Positions 47,136 through 55,856 of a stretch of 62,617 nt of DNA are shown piece by piece. A model generated the notes under the pieces. That model saw nothing but the letters and a program-made list of their open reading frames with translations. It made no database searches and had not been told where the DNA came from. The DNA is from Staphylococcus epidermidis (GTDB lineage: Bacteria; Bacillota_I; Bacilli_A; RFN20; CAG-826), in assembly GCA_945879785.1 (NCBI GenBank), contig CAMCVC010000001.1, forward strand, positions 1 through 62,617. The letters are read 5' to 3'. The position numbers and the translations under genes are program-made. The first letter of the stretch is position 1; the number at the start of each line of letters is the position of its first letter.

Positions 47136-47148
47136 TGAAAAGATGACC
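47115..47148 (-). terminator. Rho-independent terminator after the lipoprotein/small-ORF transcription unit
   Basis: On the minus strand, a 9-bp stem GGTCATCTT / AGGATGACC (one G-U pair) with a 9-nt loop, followed by TTTTTT. Confidence 0.65.
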
Positions 47149-47172
47149 AAATATTGTAAAGAAAAATGGACC

Positions 47173-47310
47173 TCAACCGCCACGACCACCAGGCCGACGG
47201 CTTAAGGGTTTAGGAACATTGATAGTTGGTCGGTTGACGACTGGTTTAGGTTGATTGGGTAGGAAAGGAGATTTGTTTCCTTTCATCGGTGGGATAAATG
47301 TTTTTGGCAT
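47173..47310 (-). CDS. Small Pro/Arg/Gly-rich hypothetical protein (45 aa), not in the ORF track
   Basis: My translation is MPKTFIPPMKGNKSPFLPNQPKPVVNRPTINVPKPLSRRPGGRGG. The ATG is preceded by AGAGGAA at 6 nt. It lies 24 nt downstream of the lipoprotein gene and upstream of a terminator. Confidence 0.4.
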   Translation of the reverse strand: MPKTFIPPMKGNKSPFLPNQPKPVVNRPTINVPKPLSRRPGGRGG

Positions 47311-47334
47311 AAGAATTCCTCTAATCTTATTCTA

Positions 47335-48090
47335 CTAGATTTTTGATAAATAGTGAGTGACAATTGCTTCAAGAGCAGGAATCATGCCGTCGTAAGTCTG
47401 GCTAATCCCCGATCGAGTGGCAGAAGCAGCCACTAAAATTTCAGCGATCGCATCCTTATGAGCGGTTTTTCCGGCGAGGTTATTTTTTAGCGCATCGATA
47501 ATTTTGAGACCAAAACTACCATGCTCTCGGTGACTAACCATCACAAAACCAGCAAAGGTATTATTAACAATCCCAACTCGGAAGCGAATGCTTTTACTGT
47601 CAGCATTACCATCAACCAACGCTTCGTAAGCATAACCATATAAAGTCCCGTTGTTTAGGTGAACTGCATGGACGGTCACAACATTCACTGTAGACAATGT
47701 GGTTGGTAAGGTTTCCGTCACCCCATAAAAATCATTAGCATTAATGTTTCCCATGGCAGCAAGCCAAATATTGGCAAGTGGTGTGGTTGCAGAAGAAGAT
47801 GGGGTTGCACTTGATGTTGAGGAAGAAACCAGGGCACTAGAACTTGTCACCACGGAAGTGGTTGTTGTTGAAGTACTAGCACTCGATGAAGTAACCAATG
47901 TACTCGTTACATTGGAAGTTGTTATTGAGGAGGAACTTGAAACCAACGAGGAGGTAGTGGTTTGTGATGGGCTAGATAACGACGCACTTGAAGAGACGAT
48001 TGGCAGAGAAGAATCCACATTGGACGTTATATTTTCCGGTGAGCAGCTTGCCAGTAATGTGAACAAGAGAACAGGGATAATGCGTTTCAT
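47335..48090 (-). CDS. Lipoprotein with Ser/Thr-rich linker and FMN_bind-like C-terminal domain (paralogue A)
   Basis: 251 aa. Lipobox LLASCS, a linker of about 80 aa rich in S/T/V, and a C-terminal domain of about 140 aa paralogous to the upstream gene product. Confidence 0.65.
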   Translation of the reverse strand: MKRIIPVLLFTLLASCSPENITSNVDSSLPIVSSSASLSSPSQTTTSSLVSSSSSITTSNVTSTLVTSSSASTSTTTTSVVTSSSALVSSSTSSATPSSSATTPLANIWLAAMGNINANDFYGVTETLPTTLSTVNVVTVHAVHLNNGTLYGYAYEALVDGNADSKSIRFRVGIVNNTFAGFVMVSHREHGSFGLKIIDALKNNLAGKTAHKDAIAEILVAASATRSGISQTYDGMIPALEAIVTHYLSKI

Positions 48091-48605
48091 ATGGATAAAT
48101 ATCTCTCTACCATCGCTTCAATCGCGGGCATCAAACCGTCATATGTGACGGTGATCCCGGTACGACCAGCATTGGCTCGTTGCAGAATGGCGACCACTTC
48201 AGAAAAACTCACTTGGGTGCCAACCAGATTGGCGCTGAGGGCGTTTAATTGTTTATCCCCAAAATTATTATGTTCTCTTTCTTCAACAACGAGGAAACCC
48301 TGGAACTCGTTATCAAACATACTTAAACGAAAAATGACCGAATCATTGCCACCATCTCCGTCGACTGTCGCTTGAAAGACAAACCCTTGAGTTTCACTGT
48401 TCTGTTTTAGTTCATACACCACATCAACACCAACATCTTCTTCATCTTCGGTAAGATCAACCGAAGCAATATCAAAGGTGTTCCTAATCGATTCGGAAAT
48501 AACCACATTCCAAGTTTCATCGAGGGTAATGTCCACAGGCGTGGGTGTAGACCCACAAGCAGTTAGTATTAAAACAAGGAGACTTAGCAATGGTATTTGT
48601 TTCAT
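48087..48605 (-). CDS. Lipoprotein with FMN_bind-like domain (paralogue B)
   Basis: 172 aa. Lipobox ILTACGS. FQGFLVVEEREHNNFG and AGRTGITVTYDGLMPAIEAMV parallel paralogue A. Its stop overlaps the next ATG (ATGA). Confidence 0.65.
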   Translation of the reverse strand: MKQIPLLSLLVLILTACGSTPTPVDITLDETWNVVISESIRNTFDIASVDLTEDEEDVGVDVVYELKQNSETQGFVFQATVDGDGGNDSVIFRLSMFDNEFQGFLVVEEREHNNFGDKQLNALSANLVGTQVSFSEVVAILQRANAGRTGITVTYDGLMPAIEAMVERYLSI

Positions 48606-48659
48606 GTTGAGTTTATTATATTAAATAAGGAATACAATCGCACGAAAGATGCTTAAACA

Positions 48660-49085
48660 ATGAATAAAAACCAAATTCAAAAAATTAAAGACCAGTATTT
48701 AGCGATGATTGATCAAAAAAACTTTGATCATTTTATCAACCCCAACATCATCAAACTAGAAGACGGTCTTGCTGAAGTTCGCTGGCTTCCTCAACCAGAA
48801 CACCTCAATCGCTTTGGGGCGATTCATGGCGGGGCCTTAGCGGGTTTAATTGATTCGGTTGCGTCGATCACGTCCTTAACCAAATTAAAAAGAATCGTCA
48901 CGATTGAAATGAATATTTCTTATATCAAGGCGGCAACGATTTCCACCAAGGTTCTTGCGAAAGGTCTCGTCATCCAAAGCGGTAAGTCACTGATTCGGAC
49001 CACGGTTGAATTGTTTAATGAAGAGAATCAATTAATCACACGGGGTAATCTTACCTTCTTTATCTTGGGAGAATTGACCTTATGA
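48660..49085 (+). CDS. PaaI-family hotdog-fold thioesterase
   Basis: 141 aa. NRFGAIHGGALAGLIDSV motif. Confidence 0.75.
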   Translation: MNKNQIQKIKDQYLAMIDQKNFDHFINPNIIKLEDGLAEVRWLPQPEHLNRFGAIHGGALAGLIDSVASITSLTKLKRIVTIEMNISYIKAATISTKVLAKGLVIQSGKSLIRTTVELFNEENQLITRGNLTFFILGELTL

Positions 49086-50077
49086 CAACGATGCCACCAG
49101 CACTAGGTGGGGTTCATCACGTCACTGCGATTACGAGTTCTGCAAAAGATATCTACGAATTCTTTACCCGCATTCTTGGCCTAAGACTTGTTAAAAAAAC
49201 TGTGAACCAAGATGATGTTCGCGCTTACCATCTATTCTTTGCAGATGATCGAGGCAATCCAGGAACCGATATGACGTTCTTTGATTTTGGTCAAAGTCAA
49301 CAAGCAGTTCGCGGAACAAACGAAATTTATCGAACCAGTTTTCGTGTCAAAGATAACCAAAGTTTAGCGTATTGGTTAAAACGTTTTCAACGGTATCAAG
49401 TCAAACACGAACCAATCAAAACGATCTTTGGTCGGCAATGGTTGAACTTTGTTGATTTTGATGATCAAGGGTATACGTTGGTTTCTGATGAAGGCATCAA
49501 AGGCGTTGCGGCTGGCGAACCATGGCACTTAGGACCAGTTCCTGATGAATTTGCAATTATAGGATTAGGACCGATTTTTATTCGCGTCAACGATTTACCC
49601 GTCATGGAAAAACAACTCACCCAATTGATGGGGATGACCGTAAAACAAAGAGAAGGATCATTAACTTTATTTGAAATGGCCCCAGGGGGTAATGGTGCTG
49701 GTGTGGTGATTGATTATCAACGCATGTTGGGCCAAGCGATTCAAGGATATGGCACGGTTCATCATGTAGCCTTTCGCATTCAAAACCGAGATGAACTTGA
49801 TGAGTGGCGAATCCATTTACTCCAACATCAAGTTCCAAATTCAGGGTTTGTTGACCGCTATTATTTTCAGTCACTCTATGCCAGAGTTTATGGTCGAGTG
49901 TTGTTTGAATTTGCCACCGAGGGGCCTGGTTTCATCGATTTAGAAGAACCTTATGAAACTCTTGGTGAAGCCCTATCCATTCCTCCTCTATTAAAAGTGA
50001 AGGCTGACCTGATTCAACGGATGATCAAACCCTTGAATACAAAACGAAGTGGCTTCGTCTTCCCTAAAGAATATTAA
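49082..50077 (+). CDS. Ring-cleaving dioxygenase, VOC/glyoxalase superfamily (MhqO/YfiE-like)
   Basis: 331 aa with two VOC modules. GGVHHVTAITSSAKDIYEFFTRILGLRLVKKTVNQDD and GTVHHVAFR. Confidence 0.7.
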   Translation: MTTMPPALGGVHHVTAITSSAKDIYEFFTRILGLRLVKKTVNQDDVRAYHLFFADDRGNPGTDMTFFDFGQSQQAVRGTNEIYRTSFRVKDNQSLAYWLKRFQRYQVKHEPIKTIFGRQWLNFVDFDDQGYTLVSDEGIKGVAAGEPWHLGPVPDEFAIIGLGPIFIRVNDLPVMEKQLTQLMGMTVKQREGSLTLFEMAPGGNGAGVVIDYQRMLGQAIQGYGTVHHVAFRIQNRDELDEWRIHLLQHQVPNSGFVDRYYFQSLYARVYGRVLFEFATEGPGFIDLEEPYETLGEALSIPPLLKVKADLIQRMIKPLNTKRSGFVFPKEY

Positions 50078-50559
50078 TGAAACCACCTAAACCCAAACAA
50101 TCAATCGTGGTTTTGGGTTTATATGTGCTTAGTTTGCTCTTGTTGTTTGTGTCATTATTCTTCCGATCGACACCAACGTTAGTTTTTTCTTTAACGTATC
50201 AACCCTTGAATGTCACCACTACCGCCATCGTGGATGAAGAAGATTTTTTATTTTTTTCAGAACTGAATCAAGACATTGTATTACCAAGTTTTCCTCAAGG
50301 AGAATATCGTCTTCATGTCACGACCTCAGGTGGGATGGTTGTAGAAACTCTCATGGATTCAGGGCTTTCCACCATCACCTTGGTCACAGGTGAACAGAGC
50401 ATGGCGATTGAGATGGATGAACTGATTGGTGAACACCAACTCTCTTGGCGGCAACCTTCCTCCTCTTCCGTGGTTCTTACCTTCACCAATTTTGTTAAAA
50501 TAAATGGTAGTCTTCTGTATGGCGTCTATATCGAAGACATTCGAGTATATAAAATTTAA
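50077..50559 (+). CDS. Membrane-anchored hypothetical protein
   Basis: 160 aa with a single N-terminal TM helix. ATG overlaps the upstream stop (TAATG). Confidence 0.5.
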   Translation: MKPPKPKQSIVVLGLYVLSLLLLFVSLFFRSTPTLVFSLTYQPLNVTTTAIVDEEDFLFFSELNQDIVLPSFPQGEYRLHVTTSGGMVVETLMDSGLSTITLVTGEQSMAIEMDELIGEHQLSWRQPSSSSVVLTFTNFVKINGSLLYGVYIEDIRVYKI

Positions 50560-50562
50560 CGT

Positions 50563-51123
50563 ATGGAACATCAAGGAACAATTAAATTAACCACCCCAAG
50601 ATTAATCTTGAGACCTTTGCAATTAACGGATGCAGAGAGTATGTTTTTAGGTTGGGCGACCGACCCTGATGTTGTGAAGTATTTATCTTGGAAACCACAT
50701 TTATCCGTGGATGAAACCAAAAGAATTATTAGTTATTGGATGAGTAATTATCCTGATCCTAAATTTTATGTTTGGGGCATTCAATTAAAAAATGGACCCT
50801 TGATTGGTACGATTAGCATTCATTCCATTCATGAAGGCTTTCAACGTGGAGAAGTTGGTTATGCTCTCGCTAAACGATATTGGAATCAAGGGTATGTCAC
50901 CGAAGCGTTACAAGCCGTTGTCGATTTTTCTTTTGGGATTGTTGGTTTTAATCGCCTAGAAGCCCATCACTCGATTTATAACCCTGCCAGTGGGGCGGTC
51001 TTAATTAAAGCTGGTTTCCAACATGAAGGCGTGCTCAGACAATACTACCGAAGTAACGATGGTTATCAAGATTCCAGTATGTATGCCATCCTGCTAAAGG
51101 ATTGGACTTTAGCCCAAAAATAG
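50563..51123 (+). CDS. GNAT family N-acetyltransferase (RimJ/RimL-like)
   Basis: 186 aa. LRPLQLTDAESMFLGWATDPDVVKYLSW, WNQGYVTEAL and NPASGAVLIKAGF. Confidence 0.8.
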   Translation: MEHQGTIKLTTPRLILRPLQLTDAESMFLGWATDPDVVKYLSWKPHLSVDETKRIISYWMSNYPDPKFYVWGIQLKNGPLIGTISIHSIHEGFQRGEVGYALAKRYWNQGYVTEALQAVVDFSFGIVGFNRLEAHHSIYNPASGAVLIKAGFQHEGVLRQYYRSNDGYQDSSMYAILLKDWTLAQK

Positions 51124-51151
51124 TTGTGCTATAATTCGTAAGGCAAAATTG

Positions 51152-52393
51152 ATGAAAAACTGGAAACGTAATATCTCATTCTTTATCGCTGGGCAAATGA
51201 TTTCATTTGTCGGGTCTTTGTTAGTGCAATATGCAATCTTTTGGTATATCAATTTAGAAACCAAATCAGGCACTGTGTTAACCATCGCCATCATTGCCTC
51301 ATTTATTCCTTTGCTTATTTTTTCTCCGATTGCGGGTGTGCTTGCCGATAAGATGAATCGAAAGTTATTGATTATCATCGCCGATGGTTCGATTGCTTTG
51401 GTGACCCTGGTCACGGCTATCTTATTTTCTTTAGGCGACATCGAAATTTGGATGTTGATTGTCGTCACGGTTATTCGCGGCATTGGTCAAGCGATTCATG
51501 GACCAGCGATTGGTGCTGCCATTCCTTTGATGGTTCCCCAAGATAAACTCATGCGTGTGCAAGGCATTCAAACCGGTATTCAATCAGCGTTTAATGTCCT
51601 AGGACCGATCATTGCTGCGGTGCTCATCTCATGGTTTAGTATTGGTTTTTTATTTTATATAGACACTGTTACCGCGGTCTTAGGTGTGGCGACGTTATTA
51701 TTTTTTGTCACCATTCCCAAGCATGTCAATGAAGGTAAGAAACAAACCACCTCAGGTGTTCAAGATTTCGTTGCAGGGTTAAAGTATGTTAAAACGCATT
51801 CATTCCTAATTCCGTTTTTTATTTACTTATTTGTCGTTCTCATTTTGGTTTCACCGGTTGCATTCTTATCACCTCTTCAAGTCGTTCGTTCATTCCAAAC
51901 ATATGGAACAGATGTGTTCCGCTTAACCATGGTTGAAGTTGGCTTCTCTGGAGGCATGACCATCGGGGCGTTATTGGTCGCATGGTGGGGTGGATTGAAA
52001 AATCGAATTGTGACCGCAGGCATTGCTATTTCCATCATGGGATTTGGGGTGTTCATGTTAGGTGTGGTTGGTAATTTTTATGTTTACTTTATCTTTATGT
52101 TGATTCAAGGGGTTGTCTTGCCTTTTTATAACACCCCGATGACGGTGATGATTCAAGAACAAGTCGATCCTGCTTACATGGGCCGAGTGTCAAGTATCTC
52201 CGTGATGATCAATTCCATCGCGATGCCAATTGGCATTGCCTTGTTTGGCCCATTGGCAGATGTCGTCTCCATTGAATTATTGTTGTTGATTTCCGGAGCC
52301 TTGATGATGATTTTTGGTTTACTTTATTTGGTCAATCGCCCGATGATGAACGCGGGCATGCCAAAAGCAAAGCCAATCAGCCAGGCGAAATAA
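51152..52393 (+). CDS. MFS transporter
   Basis: 413 aa with 12 TM helices. GVLADKMNRK loop between TM2 and TM3. I preferred the ATG at 51152 (AAGG SD) over the TTG at 51149. Confidence 0.75.
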   Translation: MKNWKRNISFFIAGQMISFVGSLLVQYAIFWYINLETKSGTVLTIAIIASFIPLLIFSPIAGVLADKMNRKLLIIIADGSIALVTLVTAILFSLGDIEIWMLIVVTVIRGIGQAIHGPAIGAAIPLMVPQDKLMRVQGIQTGIQSAFNVLGPIIAAVLISWFSIGFLFYIDTVTAVLGVATLLFFVTIPKHVNEGKKQTTSGVQDFVAGLKYVKTHSFLIPFFIYLFVVLILVSPVAFLSPLQVVRSFQTYGTDVFRLTMVEVGFSGGMTIGALLVAWWGGLKNRIVTAGIAISIMGFGVFMLGVVGNFYVYFIFMLIQGVVLPFYNTPMTVMIQEQVDPAYMGRVSSISVMINSIAMPIGIALFGPLADVVSIELLLLISGALMMIFGLLYLVNRPMMNAGMPKAKPISQAK

Positions 52394-52402
52394 ATCAATC
52401 TG

Positions 52403-53302
52403 TTAACGTTGTGGTTGAAAGAATGTTTTAAAGACCAAAGGTGCGCCTAGCGTCATCCAAATCGCAATCAAAAAATAACGAAGAAAGTCTAACATCTGGT
52501 CACCTAACGTTGGGTTGATTTCAAAGTCGATCGAGTATAAACCCATTTCAAAGACTGCTTTTATTCCAACACGAATCGCCAAGGCAATCCCTAATCCTAC
52601 CACGAGTTTAATGATGGCGATAGGCCGTTTTGTCTTTTCTTTAAAGCCGATGTAACGACGTTCTAAAGGGTAACCAAGGCTAAACCCAAAGATACTCGCC
52701 GAGGCTAAAAATACATTCTTGTCATTGGTGAGGATGGCAATCGGTAACAACAAGATCAGTGGCAAGTATTGAACATAGGTTGAAGCGAAGGGTTTGGTTT
52801 GTATATATCGAATCAATTGATAAAAACTATAGGCGATGGCCGATCCAAAGATCACATCACTTAAATAATGTTCTCCTAAATATAGACGAGATAGCATGAC
52901 CAAGATCACCATCACCGTTAAGAAAGTGGTGAACCACTTGCCCACTTGACGATGTTTTTCGGAAAGGACCAACGCCATGGTGGTGCTATTTTGCGCATGC
53001 CCACTTGGTAAGGAAGTTCCTAGCGATCCTTCGCCTATGAGTTGAATGGATTCAGGATGTTCAACGTAAGGACGAGGGGTGTTGGTTAAAAACTTTAATG
53101 ACCCGTTGAAAACCGCACCATAAAGAAAAAACATAATAAATCGGTAGGCAAACTTCTTATCAAACGTCCAATAGAGGACCGCACCGACAATCAAAAAGAC
53201 GGTTTCATCACCAAACTGAGTGATGAATAAAAAGAAGGCATCAAGAAAGTCTGAACGAAAACTTTGGATGAATTCACTGATGGTTAAATTGATGGAGGTC
53301 AT
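52403..53302 (-). CDS. PAP2 superfamily membrane phosphatase
   Basis: 299 aa. Acid phosphatase motifs KFLTNTPRP, PSGHA and SRLYLGEHYLSD. Confidence 0.8.
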   Translation of the reverse strand: MTSINLTISEFIQSFRSDFLDAFFLFITQFGDETVFLIVGAVLYWTFDKKFAYRFIMFFLYGAVFNGSLKFLTNTPRPYVEHPESIQLIGEGSLGTSLPSGHAQNSTTMALVLSEKHRQVGKWFTTFLTVMVILVMLSRLYLGEHYLSDVIFGSAIAYSFYQLIRYIQTKPFASTYVQYLPLILLLPIAILTNDKNVFLASASIFGFSLGYPLERRYIGFKEKTKRPIAIIKLVVGLGIALAIRVGIKAVFEMGLYSIDFEINPTLGDQMLDFLRYFLIAIWMTLGAPLVFKTFFQPQR

Positions 53303-53308
53303 GGTGAT

Positions 53309-53752
53309 TTATTTTCCTTTGGTTTTTTTGAAGTACTTTTTATAGTCTCCATAACCTAGGCTATCGAGTTGATCAAAAGGGATGAATTTTAAGGATGCGG
53401 AATTAATGCAGTATCTTAATCCACCCTTGTCTAAAGGGCCATCCTCAAAAACGTGACCAAGATGAATATCGGAGTCTTGGCTTCTGACTTCCACGCGGAC
53501 CATGCCATGAGAATAGTCACTTCTCTCTAAGATGGAGGTTTCCACAATGGGTTTGGTAAAACTCGGCCAACCACAACCAGAATCAAACTTATCTTCTGAG
53601 GTAAATAAAGGTTTACCATCAAGCACATCCACATACAATCCATGAGCGTGGTTATCCCAATATTCGTTATTGAAGGGTGGTTCAGTTCCACTTTCTAATG
53701 CAACAGCACGTTGAATAGGGGTTAATTGACGAGGGTCGATTTTCTTTTTCAT
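53309..53752 (-). CDS. msrB: Peptide-methionine (R)-S-oxide reductase
   Basis: 147 aa. [17 protein letters not shown] and RYCINS. Confidence 0.9.
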   Translation of the reverse strand: MKKKIDPRQLTPIQRAVALESGTEPPFNNEYWDNHAHGLYVDVLDGKPLFTSEDKFDSGCGWPSFTKPIVETSILERSDYSHGMVRVEVRSQDSDIHLGHVFEDGPLDKGGLRYCINSASLKFIPFDQLDSLGYGDYKKYFKKTKGK

Positions 53753-53840
53753 GAGTTTTTTCCTGTCTACAATTTAATTAATTATAGCAAAAATGCTATC
53801 ATTACATCAGTTTTAGACTTATTAAGAAAGGTAAATTCAT

Positions 53841-55064
53841 ATGGCAGATTTATTTAAAAAAGCATTTGAGTTCAAAGACGTTGATAACGTCATTGATTTA
53901 GGCATTTATCCATATTTTCATGCTTTAGAAAGTAAGCAAGATATTGTCGTTAAAATGGAAGGTCATCGTAAGGTGATGATCGGTTCAAATAATTACCTTG
54001 GTCTCACTGGTGATAAACGTGTCATTCAAGCTACGGTCAAAGCAGTTAAAAAATATGGATCAGGGGTTTCAGGATCGCGATTCTTAAACGGGACATTGAG
54101 TTTGCATTTGGATTTAGAACAAGAACTTGCTTTGTTCATGGAAAAAGAAGCAGCCTTAACGTTTCCTAGTGGCTTTCAATCGACCTTAGCGATTATTTCA
54201 GCGATTGCTGGTCGTGACGATATTATTTTCTCTGATAAAGAAAATCATGCCTGTATTTATGATGGGATTCGTTTAAGTTATGCTTCATCGGTTCGTTACA
54301 ACCACAATGACATGAAACATTTAGAAGAGCTCCTCCAAGAAGCCGATCCTAAGGCGGGAAAACTGATTGTCACGGATGGGATATTTTCCATGTCAGGAGA
54401 CATTGCCAAGTTACCTGAGATTCTCACTCTTGCTAAAAAATATGGGGCGCGTGTCATGGTCGATGACGCTCATGCTTTTGGTGTCTTAGGAATCAAAGGC
54501 CGGGGCACTGCTGAACACTTTGGCTTGCATGAAGAAGTCGATATGATTATGTCCACCTTTTCAAAATCACTAGCCTCTATCGGTGGATTTGTGGTTGGTA
54601 AAAAAGAAGTGGTCAACTTTATTAAACATAAATCACGTCCATTTATTTTTTCTGCAGCTTTGACGCCAGCCTCAACCGCAAGCGCCCTTGCTGCCTTAAG
54701 AATTCTTAAAGCAGAACCAAAAAGACCAAAAGCTTTATTAGACATTGCCGCGTATGCTCGCAAGCGCTTGCTTGAAAAAAAATTACCGCTTGCCAATGAT
54801 TCCATAGCCCCGATTATTCCTATCTATACATATACGATGATGAGAACCTTTGTGATTGCAAAAATGCTTTATCAACAAGGTGTGTATGTCAATCCAGTGA
54901 TTCCACCTGCAACCCCGGAAGGTCAATGTTTGATTCGTACCAGTTACACCGCCACCCACACCAAGGCATTGATTGATGAAGCAGTTGAGATTATCGCTGA
55001 TGTGATTGCCAAAGTTCCTCAAGATGAGAAAGCCATCATGGCCATGCTTCATGACATTAAGTAA
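53841..55064 (+). CDS. PLP-dependent alpha-oxoamine synthase, serine palmitoyltransferase-like
   Basis: 407 aa. GSGVSGSRFLNGT, DDAHAFGV, STFSKSLASIGGF (Schiff-base Lys) and NPVIPPATPEGQCLIRTS. N-terminus is GIYPYFHALESKQ. These resemble SPT more than KBL or BioF in my recollection. Confidence 0.6.
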   Translation: MADLFKKAFEFKDVDNVIDLGIYPYFHALESKQDIVVKMEGHRKVMIGSNNYLGLTGDKRVIQATVKAVKKYGSGVSGSRFLNGTLSLHLDLEQELALFMEKEAALTFPSGFQSTLAIISAIAGRDDIIFSDKENHACIYDGIRLSYASSVRYNHNDMKHLEELLQEADPKAGKLIVTDGIFSMSGDIAKLPEILTLAKKYGARVMVDDAHAFGVLGIKGRGTAEHFGLHEEVDMIMSTFSKSLASIGGFVVGKKEVVNFIKHKSRPFIFSAALTPASTASALAALRILKAEPKRPKALLDIAAYARKRLLEKKLPLANDSIAPIIPIYTYTMMRTFVIAKMLYQQGVYVNPVIPPATPEGQCLIRTSYTATHTKALIDEAVEIIADVIAKVPQDEKAIMAMLHDIK

Positions 55065-55854
55065 AGACGCAGTTATTTTGATTACCGGCGCATCTCAAGG
55101 AATTGGTTTTGAACTTGCGCAGCAATTTCAAAGCCTTGGATATCGCGTGGTCGGTGTGGCAAGAAATTTACCAAAGAAGAAAGTTAGTTTTGATGCACAA
55201 ATCATGGATGTCACCAAGATGGAAACGATTGAACAAACCACGACCTATATTCAAAAAAAATATGGCCGCTTGGATGTGCTGATCAACAATGCTGGTTATG
55301 GCATTGCCGGACCGATTGAAGAAACGCCATTAAGTGCGGTTAAGCAACTCTATGATGTGAACGTCTTTGGCATGCATCAAGTCACCCAATCGTGTTTACC
55401 TTTACTCAAAAAATCCACTGGTTTGATCATCAATATTGGCTCAGTCGCTGGTGATTTCACCATCCCTTTTCAGACCTTTTATTCCATGACTAAATCCAGC
55501 GTGGCCACCTACAGCGAAGGTCTTCGCCTTGAATTAAAACCGTTGGGTGTTCGTGTGGTGAATGTTAAACCTGGTGACACCAAATCCAACTTTTCTAGTC
55601 AACGGCAAAAGTTTACGAAACCTCAATCTCCCTATCAAGCAAGAACATCACGCTCACTCGCGGTCATGGAAAAAGATGAAAAAAATGGTTTACCAGCTTC
55701 GCTAGTGTTTAAGGTATGCAATCGAATCCTTCATCAAAAGAATCCACCATCCCATGTAACCGTTGGTGTTTCCTATCGACTGATGCAAGGATTAAAGAAA
55801 ATACTTCCCAATCGCCTGGTGCTTTGGTTGATTTATCAAATCTACGGCAAGTAA
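55051..55854 (+). CDS. Classical short-chain dehydrogenase/reductase (candidate 3-keto-sphingoid reductase)
   Basis: ITGASQGIG, NNAG and YSMTK catalytic motifs. ATG at 55051 overlaps the upstream gene by 14 nt. Confidence 0.7.
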   Translation: MTLSKDAVILITGASQGIGFELAQQFQSLGYRVVGVARNLPKKKVSFDAQIMDVTKMETIEQTTTYIQKKYGRLDVLINNAGYGIAGPIEETPLSAVKQLYDVNVFGMHQVTQSCLPLLKKSTGLIINIGSVAGDFTIPFQTFYSMTKSSVATYSEGLRLELKPLGVRVVNVKPGDTKSNFSSQRQKFTKPQSPYQARTSRSLAVMEKDEKNGLPASLVFKVCNRILHQKNPPSHVTVGVSYRLMQGLKKILPNRLVLWLIYQIYGK

Positions 55855-55856
55855 AC

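Noticed and set aside
47744-48148. 134-aa Glu/Val-rich ORF on the plus strand
   Set aside because: It is the reverse complement of the Ser/Thr-rich linker codons of lipoprotein A, so it is an artefact of low-complexity sequence.
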